Origin: the human T2T-CHM13v2.0 reference genome, Homo sapiens
Assembly (NCBI RefSeq): GCF_009914755.1
Contig: NC_060928.1
DNA length: 64,000 nt
Direction: 5' to 3' (one strand)
A model generated the notes under the pieces. The model did not search any database. It saw nothing but the letters and a program-made list of their open reading frames with translations, and had not been told where the DNA came from. A program made the translations under genes and the position numbers. Numbering within the stretch: the stretch's first letter is position 1; each line of letters begins with the position of its first letter. Positions 40,016 to 54,134 of the stretch are shown here, in pieces.

Positions 40016-42072
40016 TATTTATATTTTTAAAATTATTTTTTTTGATTGTTGTCTGACTTATACTTTTTATACTTTTAAAATTCTTTTTCTCTTTATTGTT
40101 TTCAGACTGGGTTATTTCAAGAGACATGTCTTTAAGTTCTGATATTCTTCTGCTTCATCTAGCCTGTCTTTGAAGCTTTCAAATATATTTTGTATTTCAT
40201 TCACGGAGTTCTTTATTCTAGAATTTCTGCTTGGTTCTTTGTTATGATATCTATCTCTTTGGTAAATTTATCATTCATATCTTGGATTCTTTTTCTGATT
40301 TCCTCATATTGTTTTTCAGAATTCTTTTTTATTTCACTGAGCTTTTGTATCATAATTTTGAATTCTTTTTTTGGAATTTCATGAATTTCTTTTATATTGT
40401 GATCTGTTGCTGGAATTATTATGTCCTTTTGTAGGTGTCACATTTTCTTGCTTTTTAATTTTTTTTTCAAATTTTCTTTTGTAGGTGGGTACTTTTTCCT
40501 GAAAATATATTAATAGTGTTGGTTGGGTAAGACCTTTTAGCTTTTATTCTGGGTGCATGAGACAGTGTAATCCCTGAATGATTTTTCAGCTGTGACAGCC
40601 TGAGTGGTATCTGTTATTTCCTCAGGTTGTTCAGGGTGCAGTTATTAGTGGAGGCTATGGTAAAATTTTGCGGCAAACAAGGATGCCAGGTAGGCCAGTT
40701 TTCAGACCCCCATGGTGGCAGCAGTGGGTAAACATGCCTGTTTTTGTGCTCCAGGGTAGAATACACTGTCATCAATGTTAATGGAATCAGATGGACTGAT
40801 TCTTGAGCCTCCAGATAGCTTGCTCAGATGGCCTGAGTGGCAACATTCATCTAGGTAGGTGAGCAGATTCTTGGGTCCTGAGCAGTTTGCATGGTATATG
40901 GGTGATAGAAGCATGGTATATAGGTGATAGATAGCAGCAGCAGGATGATTCTCTTGGTCCTGAGTGGTGTACACTGGTGTTGGTGGTGACGTGGTAAGGG
41001 GTTGACACCCAGTCTCAGACATGCAGCTCCCAGGCTTGCCACTCTCAGTAGCAGCAGCACTGCACAGGGTGAGGACACCCATCTTTCATGGGACAGTCCA
41101 TGCATGGAGGCCATACCACATGTGGGGGTACACTCACAACTAACAGCCCCAGAAAGGCAGCCATTCAGCTCTACTGCCCCAGCCTCCTGAGGTAGCAACA
41201 GCAGCTGTGCCTACAGAAGTGCAAGGAGCAGGAGAAGGGATTCCATTTTCCATGTGTCGGTCCAAGCGTAGAAGCCACTCTGCCAGTGGGAAGGGATATC
41301 ACTCTGTTTGCAAGGCTGAGCACAGTTTGTGCCACTGCTTGGAGCAGGGTCACTTCTCACATCCCCAAACAGAAAGCTCTCAGCCCAGAAAGCACGTGCT
41401 TTTGTTTCCTTTGTCCTAAGTGGTGCTCCCTTTTTGGTGATCTGAACTATCCTTTTTTTCTGGAGAGTAGTACTCCCTGTGGGCTAGAATACTGGGGATT
41501 CCACAACACCTTTCGGTCCAGACAGCACGATGACACTGTAGCTCTTTGGGTAGGCACTAGGGGATGTCAGTGCGGGCTCCCAAGTTGTGGAGATATGGGA
41601 ACTATGGTTCCCAGGGCAGGAAGCAGTCTTGTCATGGCTGTGTTCTCACATTGGTACCTTGCTGTAGCCACTTAGGTCTCAATGGGGTGAGTGACCCAGT
41701 GTGAGTTCCCTGTCTGGTTCAGTGCCCTCATGGGTTCTCCAAATCATTGCCTACACTAGTGTTTATGTGAGTACAGGACTTCTCCCATGGTTAGGATTGC
41801 AGCAGTCCATGCTGGAGATGTGGACTGCTGAAGTTCTCTCCCTTACCTTTTCCTTACAACACTGAGCACCCCTGGGCTCCCAGTTGATCCCGATCTCGAC
41901 TGAGCTGACCACTCACTTTCTTCTTCTATGCCCCAGGTATTTCTTGTGGCTTTTCTGTTGGACTCTAGTGTTCGCTCCTAGATGTTCTGTTCCAGGTACA
42001 ATTATCTATTCATAATTTTGATTCTTCCTTTTGGACAGGGTGGGTATTCAATGTCCCTAGTCACTCATCTTT
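40016..42072 (-). mobile_element. L1M ORF1 N-terminal part and long 5' UTR (second-level L1)
   Basis: GACTGGGTTATTTCAAGAGAC continues the ORF1 interrupted at 34586, followed by a GC-richer 5' region ending CTAGTCACTCATCTT. Confidence 0.75.
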
Positions 42073-42079
42073 AATATTT

Positions 42080-42846
42080 ATTATATACAATATTATATAA
42101 AAATATAATATTTTTATGCACTTAAATTATCTGATGAAATTTTAATGCTATTCACTGCTAGTGGCCATACTTCTGCTTTTTCCAGTCTACCTTCAAATAA
42201 TATTACTCTGCTTCATGTATCATCAAAGGACCTTGCAACATTTAATTTTATTTCCTCCGAACTGATTTTTGTGCTTTGTTGTTATACATTTTACTTACAT
42301 CAGGGTTATAGACCTCAAAATAATTCATTTTACTTAATTATATTTCAAAGGTACTAAAAATTAAAATTTCAAAGTGTTTTATATTCATGCACATATTTAC
42401 CATTCTAGACACTGTCATTCCTTGTGTAAATTCAATTTTCCATCTGGCTTCATTTTTCTTCATCTTCAGGGAGGAACTTCTTTTAACATTTCCTGTTATG
42501 TTCATCTGCTGACAACAAATTCTATCAGATTTTGTCAGATTTTGTCTGGAGAAAAGGTTTCAGTAAACCTGGATATAGAATTATAAGTGAACAAGTTTTT
42601 TGTGTTTTTTTCCCTTTCATCTTAGTTTAAGTGACTTTCCATTGTATCCTTCACATGCACATTGTTTTTTTTCTGATGAGTAGTCTGTGATAATTCACAT
42701 TTTTTTAATTCTGTACACATAAATTTATTTTTCTTCTCTAAGGCATATACATCCTGTTGGATCAAAATCCATGTCTTTGTCCAATCTCTGAAAACAGCTC
42801 TGCCATATATTTAATCCTGTTTTCTAATTGTTTATCAGTGGAAGGG
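42080..42846 (-). mobile_element. Old L1 (L1ME/MD-like) ORF1-region relic
   Basis: CTTTTAACATTTCCTGT ... CTGCTGACAACAAATTCT; probable continuation of the outer host L1. Confidence 0.55.
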
Positions 42847-43251
42847 TATGTTAGGCTGTTCCTGTATTGCTATCAAAAATATATAGACTGGGTAATTTAC
42901 AAAGAAAATACGTTTAATTGGCTCACAGTTCTGTAAGCTATACAGGAAGTGTGGTGGTGGCATTTGCTCAGCTTCTGGGGAGGCCTCAGGGAACTTCTAC
43001 ACATGGGAAAAGGTGAAGTGGGAGCAGGTACTTCACATGGTGAAAACAGGAACAAGAGAGGGAGTAGGGGGAAAGTGTCACACACTTTTAAATGACCAGA
43101 TTTTCCAAGAACTGTCTATCACAAAGACTGTGCTAATCCATGAGAGACCCACCCTCATGATCCAAACACCTCCCACCAGGATACACTTCCAGTATTGGGG
43201 ATTACAATTCAACATGAGATTTGGGCAGGGACAACTATCCAAAGTACATCA
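42847..43251 (-). mobile_element. MSTA/MSTB solo LTR
   Basis: GACTGGGTAATTTACAAAGAAAA ... TTTAATTGGCTCACAGTTCTG ... CAACATGAGATTTGGGCAGGGACA. Confidence 0.9.
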
Positions 43252-43722
43252 AAAGCTGAACTTAGGCCCAGTATATGGCATCATGGTATAAAATGAAAGT
43301 TTTTTTGCCTTATTACTTTTAATTGGATGACAGAAACTGCATGAGGAAAGGTATGGAATCTTTTGATGTGATCTTCCTCAAGAAACAATTGTTTTGCTGG
43401 TCTTGGTAGTCACTGAGAGTAGGAGAAAATAACCTTAATCTTGTCAGGAACTAAAGTAATTTGCAGATCAGCTTTAGATTTTTGGGAGACCATCTAATTT
43501 CTGATTATCTGGTACTTTTAGAATTTGGAATTTTAGAAGTTTAGAATAAATTTATGGGCTGTTTAATAAGACCATTCACTATCAGGCTCTAAATGCCAAT
43601 TTTTCCTTCCCAGAACTATAGCATCACCAATAATTTTTGTTAGATATTTAGAATTTTATCAACAGCTTTCTGTTTGCCTTCTCTACCTCCCAGCCTGATC
43701 TGCCTATAAAAGGAAAAAAGTC

Positions 43723-44410
43723 TTTTTTTTAAATATACTTTAAGTTCTAAGGTACATGTGCACAACGTGCACGTTTGTTACATATGTATACATGTGCCAT
43801 GTTTGTGTGCTGCACCCGTTAACTCGTCATTCACATTAGATATATCTCCTAATGCTATCCCTCCCCCAGCTCCCCACCCAATGACAGGCCCCAGTGTGTG
43901 ATGTTCCCCACCCTGTGTCCAAGTGTTCTCATTGTTCAATTCCCACCTATGCATGAGAACATGCGGTGTTTGGTTTTCTGTCCTTGTGATAGTTTGCTCA
44001 GAATGATGGTTTCCAGCTTCATCCATGTCCCTACAAAGGACATGAACTCATCCTGTTTTATGGCTGCGTAGTATTCCATGGTGTATATGTGCCACATTTT
44101 CTTAATCCAGTCTATCATTGTTGGACATTTGGGTTGGTTCCAAGTCTTTGCTATTGTGAATAGTGCCGCAATAAACATACATGTGCATGTGTCTTTACAG
44201 CAGCATGATTTATAATCCTTTGGATATATACCCAGTAATGGGATTGCTGGGTCAAATGGCATTTCTAGTTCTAGATCCTTGAGGAATCACCACACTGTCT
44301 TGCACAATGGTTGAACTAGTTTACAGTCCCACCAACAGTGTAAAAGTGTTCCTATTTCTCCACATCCTCTCCAACACCTGTTGTTTCCTGACTTTTTAAT
44401 GATCGCCATT
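43723..44410 (-). mobile_element. Young L1PA (about PA4-6), 5'-truncated
   Basis: Low-divergence 3' UTR plus ORF2 C-terminus ([26 protein letters not shown]...). Confidence 0.93.
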
Positions 44411-45479
44411 AAAGAAACAATAAATTCTGTATCCTGGGCTTCATTATTCTACTCTCATCTCCAAACTATAGTCCTGCAAGTCTGCTTACAGTGGTAGATA
44501 ACTTTTCAAGTTTGTCCCCCCAGTCCAGTGTGACTTTGAAAAGCTTCTCTGCCTCTTAGCAGCTACTGTCTCTTTGACTTCTTACCTCTCTGCACATATT
44601 ACTTTTGAATTGAAAATTTTGCTGGAAGAAAATCAGTGTAAAGTGATAGAATCACCAGAACACTGCAAGATGTTCAAACACTTTGGGTGGAAGGGTATAT
44701 TTTAGCCCTCTTTGTTCTTATTCTCAGCAGAAAGTCCCAGAATTTCATTCATTTTAAATGTTCAAATTTAAAAGGTAAGTGGAATGCTATGGCAAACCAC
44801 CATTGGCCTAAATTAAGGAATGTTACAAGATATAGCCATATTAAATTGACACTATATCTGTTGTAGGGACTCTCATAAAGATAGGAGATTATATTAACTA
44901 TAATAAGAATTTGCTTTCCAATAGGAGAGAGCGTTATGCATGAGTACACTGTTGAATTTAAGAATAACCATCCAATATATTAATGATTGAGATATAAAAA
45001 TTAAAGCCTTCTCATTAGTTAATCTAACTCAATGCAGTTATCTCAAATATTTTTTAAAATAAAATAAGTAGTTAGAAGTAAAGGAGGGAGGAAAGAAAGT
45101 CAGGGTAGTACAAAGTGAAAAAAAGGAGGGAAGTTAGAATTCGTATGTGTGCATTTTTCTTCTGTTACATTTTTCTAAATTGCATTATTTTATTGTTTCA
45201 TTCTGTTTTTGCTTACGACATATATAGACACTTCTCTGGAATATATATATATCAGTTAAACTCTGTTTCTCTCATTAATCAGGAGACCCTTTGGTCTGAA
45301 ATTGTATACATATTTGTTTTAAAATATGTATAAAGCAATATGTAATATATCTATGCTTTAAAATATTTTATATATGTGCTATATATTGTTTTTGCTTTAA
45401 AATATCTTAAAAATAATAATAATTTACTAGTTAATTTTGATTCTATTTAATTTTCATTTTGTGTTTTCATCAACAAAAT

Positions 45480-45625
45480 TCTTCCTTGGATTCAGTCTCA
45501 CCCTTTAGAATGTTAATCCTGCTGAGAAAAGAGATGCCTTCTTTCTTTTTCCTTTGTATTTCTAGCACCTATACAGTGCTTGGCACATAGCAAAAACTGA
45601 AAAAATATCTATTAAGGAAAAAAAT
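45480..45625 (+). mobile_element. L2 3' end
   Basis: CTAGCACCTATACAGTGCTTGGCACATAG. Confidence 0.7.
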
Positions 45626-47616
45626 GGAATAACACTGAGTTCCACAATTTTATGAAATGCCTGAATTATAGGACAGAAAAACATATACCTCAGGCTGATA
45701 TTGCCAGAATGAATCAGTGAAGGACCGAGAGAAAGAGAAAAAGGCAAACAAAACTTTCTCAAAATTAGGCAAAAGTATCAAGCTCTACACCAGAGAATAA
45801 CGTTAATTATCCAGAATTGTCTTTTTAAGTTCTACTTTGTTTTAAGTTGGAAACAGAGAAACTGATAAGCATTACATTGTAAACTAATCTTAGTTTCTGA
45901 GAATAGAGTCTTAAGAGAGCAGTTACACACACTGTGGCTTTTCTTCACTTGTGCTGGTGATGGCAAGAGAAAAAGCTACCATACTACCACTCAAGCACCT
46001 CTCTTCACTTTTTTCCCCAGAGGATGGGTGAAAGATATCACTCTTATACATTTTTTAAAAAAATGGTGTCCATCCTTCATTCACTCATGCATTTTGTACT
46101 TACTTCACTCCATCTCTGTATTCTTTATTCTAGAAAAGAAATTCTATTTACTTCTGATATTTCTTTACGATAAATATTCTAAATTTAAGGGAGGCTACGC
46201 TTATGTGAAAGGATATATATTTTACTTGGCTGAGTTTACATTTACAGAGATTAAGCCAAAATATACAATCATCTTTAGGTTATCAAAATTCTGAATGAGA
46301 AAGAATTCACATGAAATAAAAGAACTATTGTAAAATTTTTATCATCCTTCCTCAAAAATACTATTTCGTAACTTTTATAAATGCTTCCGTGCTTTTCCCT
46401 TATAACATTATTTTATATTGCATGAAATCCCAGGAGTACTTGGTGAGGATGTAAGGTCTGTTATTTTTTGTTCTTTTTACCCCTTTTTCACTTCTCATAA
46501 ACTTCTGAAAAATTCTCCTGTATTACTAGTCACAGCCCAAAGGCAAACTTTAAGATTTTTTTCTAAATTGGTTTATAGTTCAGAAAGAAATTTTGAGGAA
46601 ACATGATATTAAAAAGAAGAAAAAGAAAGCAGAGGAAAAAGGAAAAACTGAAAATATCAGAAGTATATTTAGTAATTAACAATAATTTATGAGCTAAGTA
46701 TTTGCTTTAAAATATCTTGTGAAATGACAAAAACATATACCCAGTAAGTAACCAAGTTTTACAGTTTTTGTTTCCATGTGTTTTTTTGCTGTTGTTTGCT
46801 TGCTATAACAAAAGTATTTGCTTTTCATTTTTATCTCCCATTGTCTTTGGATTGTCACTACTCAAATTCAAGTCCATATTATGGAGGAGTCATATTTAGA
46901 AGTCATACCAAATTATAGAATTCATCTAATGTAAATGCTTTTACTTAATAGTCGAAGAAACTAAAGTCTTGAGAGACCAATCATTGTCAAAAATACACTA
47001 AGAGCTAACACTTGCAATCCAGTGCTGCATTTACCACAATAATAGCTTCCTAATTGAACTGCTACCTCCGTTAGAAGTTTTTTCTCCCTTCTAACATGCA
47101 TATTGCTTCCAGTTAAATCAATCATTTTATGTCTCAAGAAGTCTAGTAGCCAGTTAGACTCCTATAGATCCCAATCTGTATGAAGCACTCCACAATCTGC
47201 CCCAAAGCTCACTTTTAACACTTATTTTCCTTTTATAAGCCCTCTACTTCAATCAAACTTGTATTTTCTCTTTCTGTGCCTTTATATAACATCATTTTTT
47301 CATCTCAAATATCTTCTTATGTTTGTCAAACATTACATGTGACTCAACTGGCAAAACAAATCCTTCCACCACAGAAACTATTTATATCTAAAAACTCTAT
47401 CAAGAGCACTGTGTAGAGGGTAGTTTTACTACCATACCATAAATAAGTTAATTGAAACTCAGATTACATTATCTGTCTAACACAAAGCTACTAAAGTTTA
47501 AAAAAAATCAGTTCAAAATTAGGTGAATTTTTTTTCTGACTACCCCAGTATCATTGCTGAGGTAATTTAAGTTACAATAAAATATTTTGAAGCTTATTAA
47601 TACAAGACTCTCTTAC

Positions 47617-47903
47617 CTGTGTCAGTCCTAAAGTATGGTTCAAATTCCATCATTGTCTTAAAGGTTACACATACTAGAACACATATATGCTCATGAACGC
47701 ATAACAGGAGATGTCTGCAATGGAGCACAGTTTCTTACATTTTAATCAGTGACTGGGCAGCTTCTTCCATTATAACATTCCTCTCCAAGTGTGCTGCTGG
47801 CATAGTGAGGAGGTAAAAAGTAGATTACATGAATTGTCCTGTGCCTTTTCTCTCAGACATTGACGACACTCTTGCTGTAATCTTGATGCCATTAAATCCT
47901 ACT
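47617..47903 (-). ncRNA. Candidate internal exon (287 bp) of a spliced minus-strand transcript
   Basis: Acceptor TTTCTATTTTTCCTCTTTATCCAG| and donor CAG|GTAAGA are both near consensus, in apparently non-repetitive sequence. No expression data. Confidence 0.45.
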
Positions 47904-50900
47904 CTGGATAAAGAGGAAAAATAGAAATTTCATATTCAAAATAATATACAGGAATTAAAGAAAAAAATTTCATGAGACCGTGAGACATTAAGGATTTGTC
48001 CAATGGCTTCTCTTTTACTTGTATTTTAATTTGGTAATAATGATTTTACAAATGTTTCTTGAACTCATCAAGTTGAATGATGGCATAAGCCCCATCAGAT
48101 ACAGTGGAATGTTTTCTGTAGATAAGTATCTCATGATCAATTTTTAAACAATAAAGGCATTAATTTTCCCAAATGTAAATCACCCATAAGGAACAATATT
48201 TCTTTGGCCTACCATTTTGGCATACAGTACAACTCTAGCAACAGGAAAATACTCTGATGTTGAAGGAAGTAAGAAGCCTTCTTTCTAGGACCTCACACTT
48301 CCTGGTAGGATCATGTTGTAAATCTATCTGGTGGAGTAGAAATTTTCAGAGTTGATGGTCTAGTCCCATTATTCTATACCTCAGCCTCTTTTTGTAAAAA
48401 ATACCTCTCAACCTGATACGTATAAAGAGGTACAGATGTTAGTGCCTGTCCTTATTTAGAAACTTTGCTTCTATTCATTCACTGAGTTTTCTGTATTCTT
48501 TTCAAACTTCTCTACCACAATATTAAAAAAAATATAGTCCAGCCCTGCAATTTGTGGGCTAATGACAGTGTATGCTTAAAGAATTATTGAGTGAAGGGTG
48601 ACATATTTTTATAAACAAAAATGTTATTTTTGCATAATTGTATTATTCATGCAAACTCTTTATCAATTAGGACAATTGAAATTGTTAGGAATATCTATAA
48701 GCTCAGTTTTACTGTGGAGATCTAAAAGGGACACAAATGATTTAATTATTGGATGTCAAACTGGCAAAAAAAAAAAGTCTACGGTCATGAAATACGTTTA
48801 TGTTGCCCTCATGAAATTTTTATGATAGACCAGTATTTCTGCAGGCTTCCTCCTAAGAGAATACTGGACCCTTCTATAAGTAAGCAAGTTAATCCCACTT
48901 CTCACTGGAATAGCTACCAGTTTACCTTCTTGTTAAAATGAATCACTAGCAAATACGAATAATCCCTCACTTGATGTTTAGCCTGCTGGATGCTGCTCTG
49001 TTATGAGTGATTTATGATCATACCTTTAAATAATTATATTGGTCCTGTTGTAATATTTCATCACAGCTAACAAGAAGATACATGCAGATAAATGTATTAC
49101 AACTCCCCTCTCTTCAAGTATTTTCCTCTATTAGAAATTAAATACCTCTAAAATATTAAACCAAAAATCTCTCCCCAGTGGAACTTAAAGAATAAGCCTA
49201 CGTTATTATACTTTTATTTTATAATTTACAAGAATCAAAACATTCATAGCTAATGTTTCCACAGCTACCTTCTACTAAATATAGATTGGAGTGTATTTCA
49301 CATGAGAGAAAAAATTAAACTTTGCCTCTTTGTAGAAGAAAATATAACTAAAAGGTCAGGAGAAATTGCTTTAGAAATCAAAATCATAAAATGGGTACTT
49401 AAAGAGGAAATTATATATTCAGCACTTCATATAAATTTTAGTAAAGTAGAAAATATTTTAAATAATTGAGATGGTAATGGTGATGATGATGATGATGACA
49501 ATAATAAACCATTCTGTGGGGAGAGAAGACTATCCTTGCTTTAGAACAAAGTGCTGGAGTGCTGTCACATTTCAGAAACTACACATGAGAGAATTATTCT
49601 TTTGATAAGAAAACATTAAATAAGCATCCAGAAACCACAACAACTGTACTGATTATAAGCCATCCCTGGCACTTAGAATCAATGCTCTACAGCTTGCTCA
49701 GTCTCGATTTTGTCCTTCCCTTTTTTCCTAGGGTTCTATTTTTTCCAGTAAATAAAATCATGGCCAGTAGCCATGGAAAGAAAAAACAATGCTGTATTTA
49801 GAAACAGAGGTTAAGGTCAAGTCTCCACTTAACAAAGAGAAATAAAGAATTAAGCTCAGGCCAAGGTCTCAAGTTTCTCAACTGCTTACATGGAAAAAAA
49901 TGCAACAAAAGTAAGTAAAACATTGAACAATGATCTGGTTCATGCAAAAAGAATAATGTGCCAACATTTCATTAAATAATAAATGAGATTTATTGATAAG
50001 ATTTATCCAGATTACATGATGATAACTCCAAATAGTAACTTCCATCTGCATTACATTTATTCAGCAGATGTGGCCAAGTAACTGCATTTATTTTGGGGAA
50101 AATAATTAAGTGGAGTTAAGAATTGTATGCTACAATTATTTTTCTAAATATTTGTTTTATTAAATACCAATATCTCATGTTATTATTTATACTCATATAC
50201 TGTTTAAAAATATTAACATCAATTTGAATACTAATATTTGCAAATAACAGAACACTAAATTGACGTAAACAAGAAATATTATTTTCATAAAACAAAGTTG
50301 GAAGGTTAGCACAATTATTTCATGAAAACTCAGATTCTTACAACTTTCTGTTCTGCCATCCTGAGCATGCTGGTTTTTATCCTGATGCTCTTCTGCCTTA
50401 TGGCCAAAGGATTGCTATTCAAGTATCACAGATCACAAAGTAATGTGGAAGACAAAAATGTTATTTTTGCTTTAGCATTTCTTTCATTTGGGGGAGGAAC
50501 TTTTCAAACAATTCATTTCACACATCTTCCTGGCCACTCCTACAGCAATCATTAGCAAAAAGAAATGGGAATACCATTTAAGATTCTGACCAATTCTTCA
50601 TTATTTTCCTGGGCCTGAGAAGAAACTGAAATGCCCTGACCACAGTATCTTTGAATTCTTCAACCAAATTACAGACTTGACAGGGAAAAAGAGGGAGTGG
50701 CTGATGGGAAAGAATATTAGGGTCTGCCCCATTCACATGATTTAAGTCCAATGATATTTAAATAAATATCTCAATCAACTTTTATATTTTTGCTTTTAAA
50801 TTTTTAGTTTATGTTGGAATGTTTTTTTCCACAGGATGTGTAATCATGTCATTTTCTTTCAAGCAAGGCTCTAATTTTCTATGATTAATTTATCCACAAA

Positions 50901-53811
50901 CACTGTTACTCTCAAATTCAAATATCAAAAATCAGGTATTTTTTATACTCCCACATAAATAAATACACACACAAATCTATACACATAAGATTTTTAATTT
51001 AATCACATTTTAAAGTTTGGTTTAGAAATTAGTATTAAGAAATTATCTAAAACTTAGAAATGTTATTATAAGATATTTCAGCATTTCATTTCAGTATCAT
51101 ACTGAAAAGCTGTTTAACAGGATCACCCAAAGAATACTTAATTTTCCAAAGGAATGTACTTTCATGTGACTTTGAAATTTACTAAAAAGTTAAGACCTCG
51201 GACACTTCAAAGTTACATACTAATTTGCAGAACTTGTCTGAATTTTTTCTCCTGCTAAATACCATCACAAAAGTTATGGTTTTATTGCCCTGTAGGACAC
51301 TAACTATCTTGTTGAACTTATGTAAAGTCTGTACTATATAATCTTTGTTTTTCTAATTCTCGTTTGGATCAGATTTTTCATCTCACTGGTTTCCTCCTTT
51401 ATGTGTTGAACAAAATCTTTGAAATGTGATCACTGTATATTTGTATGACAGTCATGCTTTACGTTTTTGATAATTATACTTTGACATTAAAGAGTAAACC
51501 AATGATACTCACTGATAATGACTTTTATCTTTGTCATATGCTTCAAATATTTAGAATCACTAAACTTAGAGATGTACTAACATATTCAGGCAATCAGGTG
51601 TGACCCAGGAAGCCACTTAATTCAATCAGGAAGTTTTTTTACTGTGCTAAGATATAAAACAAATATTTCTAATTCTTTTGTGCAAGAGTTGAATCTTATT
51701 TAGGATCTTATCAAAATTTCAAATAATACCTCAGAATTTTTTAAATTCAGAGATGAAGAAATAATATAAATAACCATTTTTAACTATAAATTAATTTTTA
51801 AGATGTTAACCTGCTCCACTGAAATGTAGAGTAGAAAAATTAAAATTACCAAAGGGCAGAGAGGGAGGGGAGCAAACTACTTGTCATTCTTCTGTCCCTG
51901 TCAAAGGATTTTGCTGGGCAAAATAATTTAAGGATATTTTCACTGAAAGGTGGTAAGATAATTTCATTACACATTTCCATTAAGTTTCTTAAACAGAAAT
52001 TTTCTCCCAGTACAGAGCTGTGCATTAAAGAAGTAACTCACTTCTCAATTTCTATTTTTTTAAATAAATGTAAAAACAATTTGGCTCATTTTTTACTTAT
52101 TTATGCCCTTAATTTCAAGCATTATTTGTGAGAAAATGAATTGGAAATATAAAATTGGTTCAGCTGTTTCATCAAGTGGTGCTCAATTTTCTAATTTCTC
52201 TATCACAGACAATCAAAGCTTTGAAGCAACCTGTTATCTCTTTCAGAGGTGACAAATTGTCTGTGAAAAACTTCAGGATCTTTAACCACCAGAATCTGCA
52301 TTGCCAACCTAAAAAATGCAATCTCATAATCATGTTATTTGTATATGTTTGCTTTAAGACTTTCAAAGTTCGATTCTTATTTGACATCACTCTCCTAAAG
52401 GCAATCAGGCCGAATAAGTAAAGAAAATGACATCAAAAATGTTCTTGGGAGTGCTTATTTATTCTGTGTTTTAATCAGGATTATAAAATAAGAAAAACAA
52501 ATTCAAATTTTGATGAGATTTCAAAATTCATAGTCATAGAGCAAAAGTAGCAAGACATCTGCATTGTAATGCAGAAAATATTTGTATTTTGCTTTCTCAT
52601 TAACATATAAAATATAACTAAAAAGTTAAGGAAGAGTAGTAAGGAATAATTTGCAGATAAGAAATAGTGACCATGAATAAATTAAAATATTTATTTTGTC
52701 TTATAGGCTATACTTCTGGGTGTAAAATCATTGAAACAAGTCAAAATTCTAATAAATTGGGAAGGTGGAAAATTGGAAAAATGCCCTTTGATAATTACTA
52801 ACAAGTATTAAGAAGAAACTATTAAGAATATCTTCTAAAAATAGTAATTTACATACACAGTAACATATGTTTCTTTTTACTTAGTTTGTTAAGCGCCCTC
52901 AATCTTTACCTACAAACCCTTGCGTACATAGGAGGGAATGCCAGAGTAGACTCTGATGGAATTCAAAAGAGAAAATTTATGCTTCTAGTCTTAAATCAAT
53001 TATGACCATGTAATCTGCTTCAGATTAGAATAGTTACATATTCAGATAAAAAGAGAAAAAAGACAGTATATTTTTTCTAACTTTGTGTCTTATACTTAAT
53101 ATATATCCTTGTCTCACCTAATTTTTCTTCATTTAACTGGTTGTACCAACAACCTCAACTACAAGGTTGTTAATCTGAATACTGTCAAGGATTGTTGTTT
53201 GTTATGCTTTCCTTCTCACAGTATAATCCAGATTGTCTCCTTACATCAGCAATAGATATAAGAGCTCTACTTTGCAGCAGTGAATTAAAATTTGATGCCT
53301 CTTTTTTTACTTTGCCGTAAACACTCCCTTCGTTTTATTCATCTTGATTTTCATAGCGATCCCCTTCTAATTTCTTTATCGTGCCTCACCTTGTTTGGTC
53401 CTCAATCCCAAATAATTATAAATTTCCAAGCTAGTTGTTTAACCAAAAATTAACCCTGAAATTAGTTTCCACCTATACAGGACATTGAACAGAAATAAAC
53501 TACACTGTTTTAACTTCTTTTTCTAACTTGGCACCTGGATCAAAAGTCTGAGATCATTGTTTTCATTTGTGTCTTTAGCTGTGGCATACTATTGGATATA
53601 TTGTTGATTATATTTGCCTGGCAAAGTTGAAACCCATAATTTAAATTGAAAGTATGATATTTAAATGGATATATTTCATGCACAATAATCCACAAAATAT
53701 TAAGCTAGTTAGTGTCATAATATCACAGACCCAGGCTTCTGATTCAAACTGAGAGTTGTTTTCAATATGCTACACTATCTGCTTACATACCCCATCTGTT
53801 GAATTTTTAGC

Positions 53812-53972
53812 ATCTGGCAACTCAAAGTATGGCCTCCAACTAGCAGCACCTTCATCACCTTGGAGCTTTTTAGAAGTGCTGAATCTCAGGTACCACTTGA
53901 AAAACTGGAATAGAATACACATTTTAGCAAGATTGCCTTGTAAGTGCAATGAAGTTTTAAAAGCACTGTCTT
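53812..53972. mobile_element. MER5A
   Basis: CTCAAAGTATGG ... GCAGCA ... CATCACCTTGGAGC ... CATTTTAGCAAGAT ... AAGCACTG. Confidence 0.8.
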
Positions 53973-54134
53973 AGTATATTTCACATATAAGCAAGAGTAA
54001 AACTCATCTTTCTTACTTAAATTCCAGATCAGGGTACAGTAATCCTTTTTCTTAGAAAAATAAATTTCATTTTACTTCAGTAAAAAGGCTGGCTTCTGTT
54101 ATATAACTCTCTTATCTAAACTCTTTTGAAATTT

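Noticed and set aside
40889-40932. 22-bp tandem duplication
   Set aside because: Lies inside an L1M 5' UTR where short repeats are routine.
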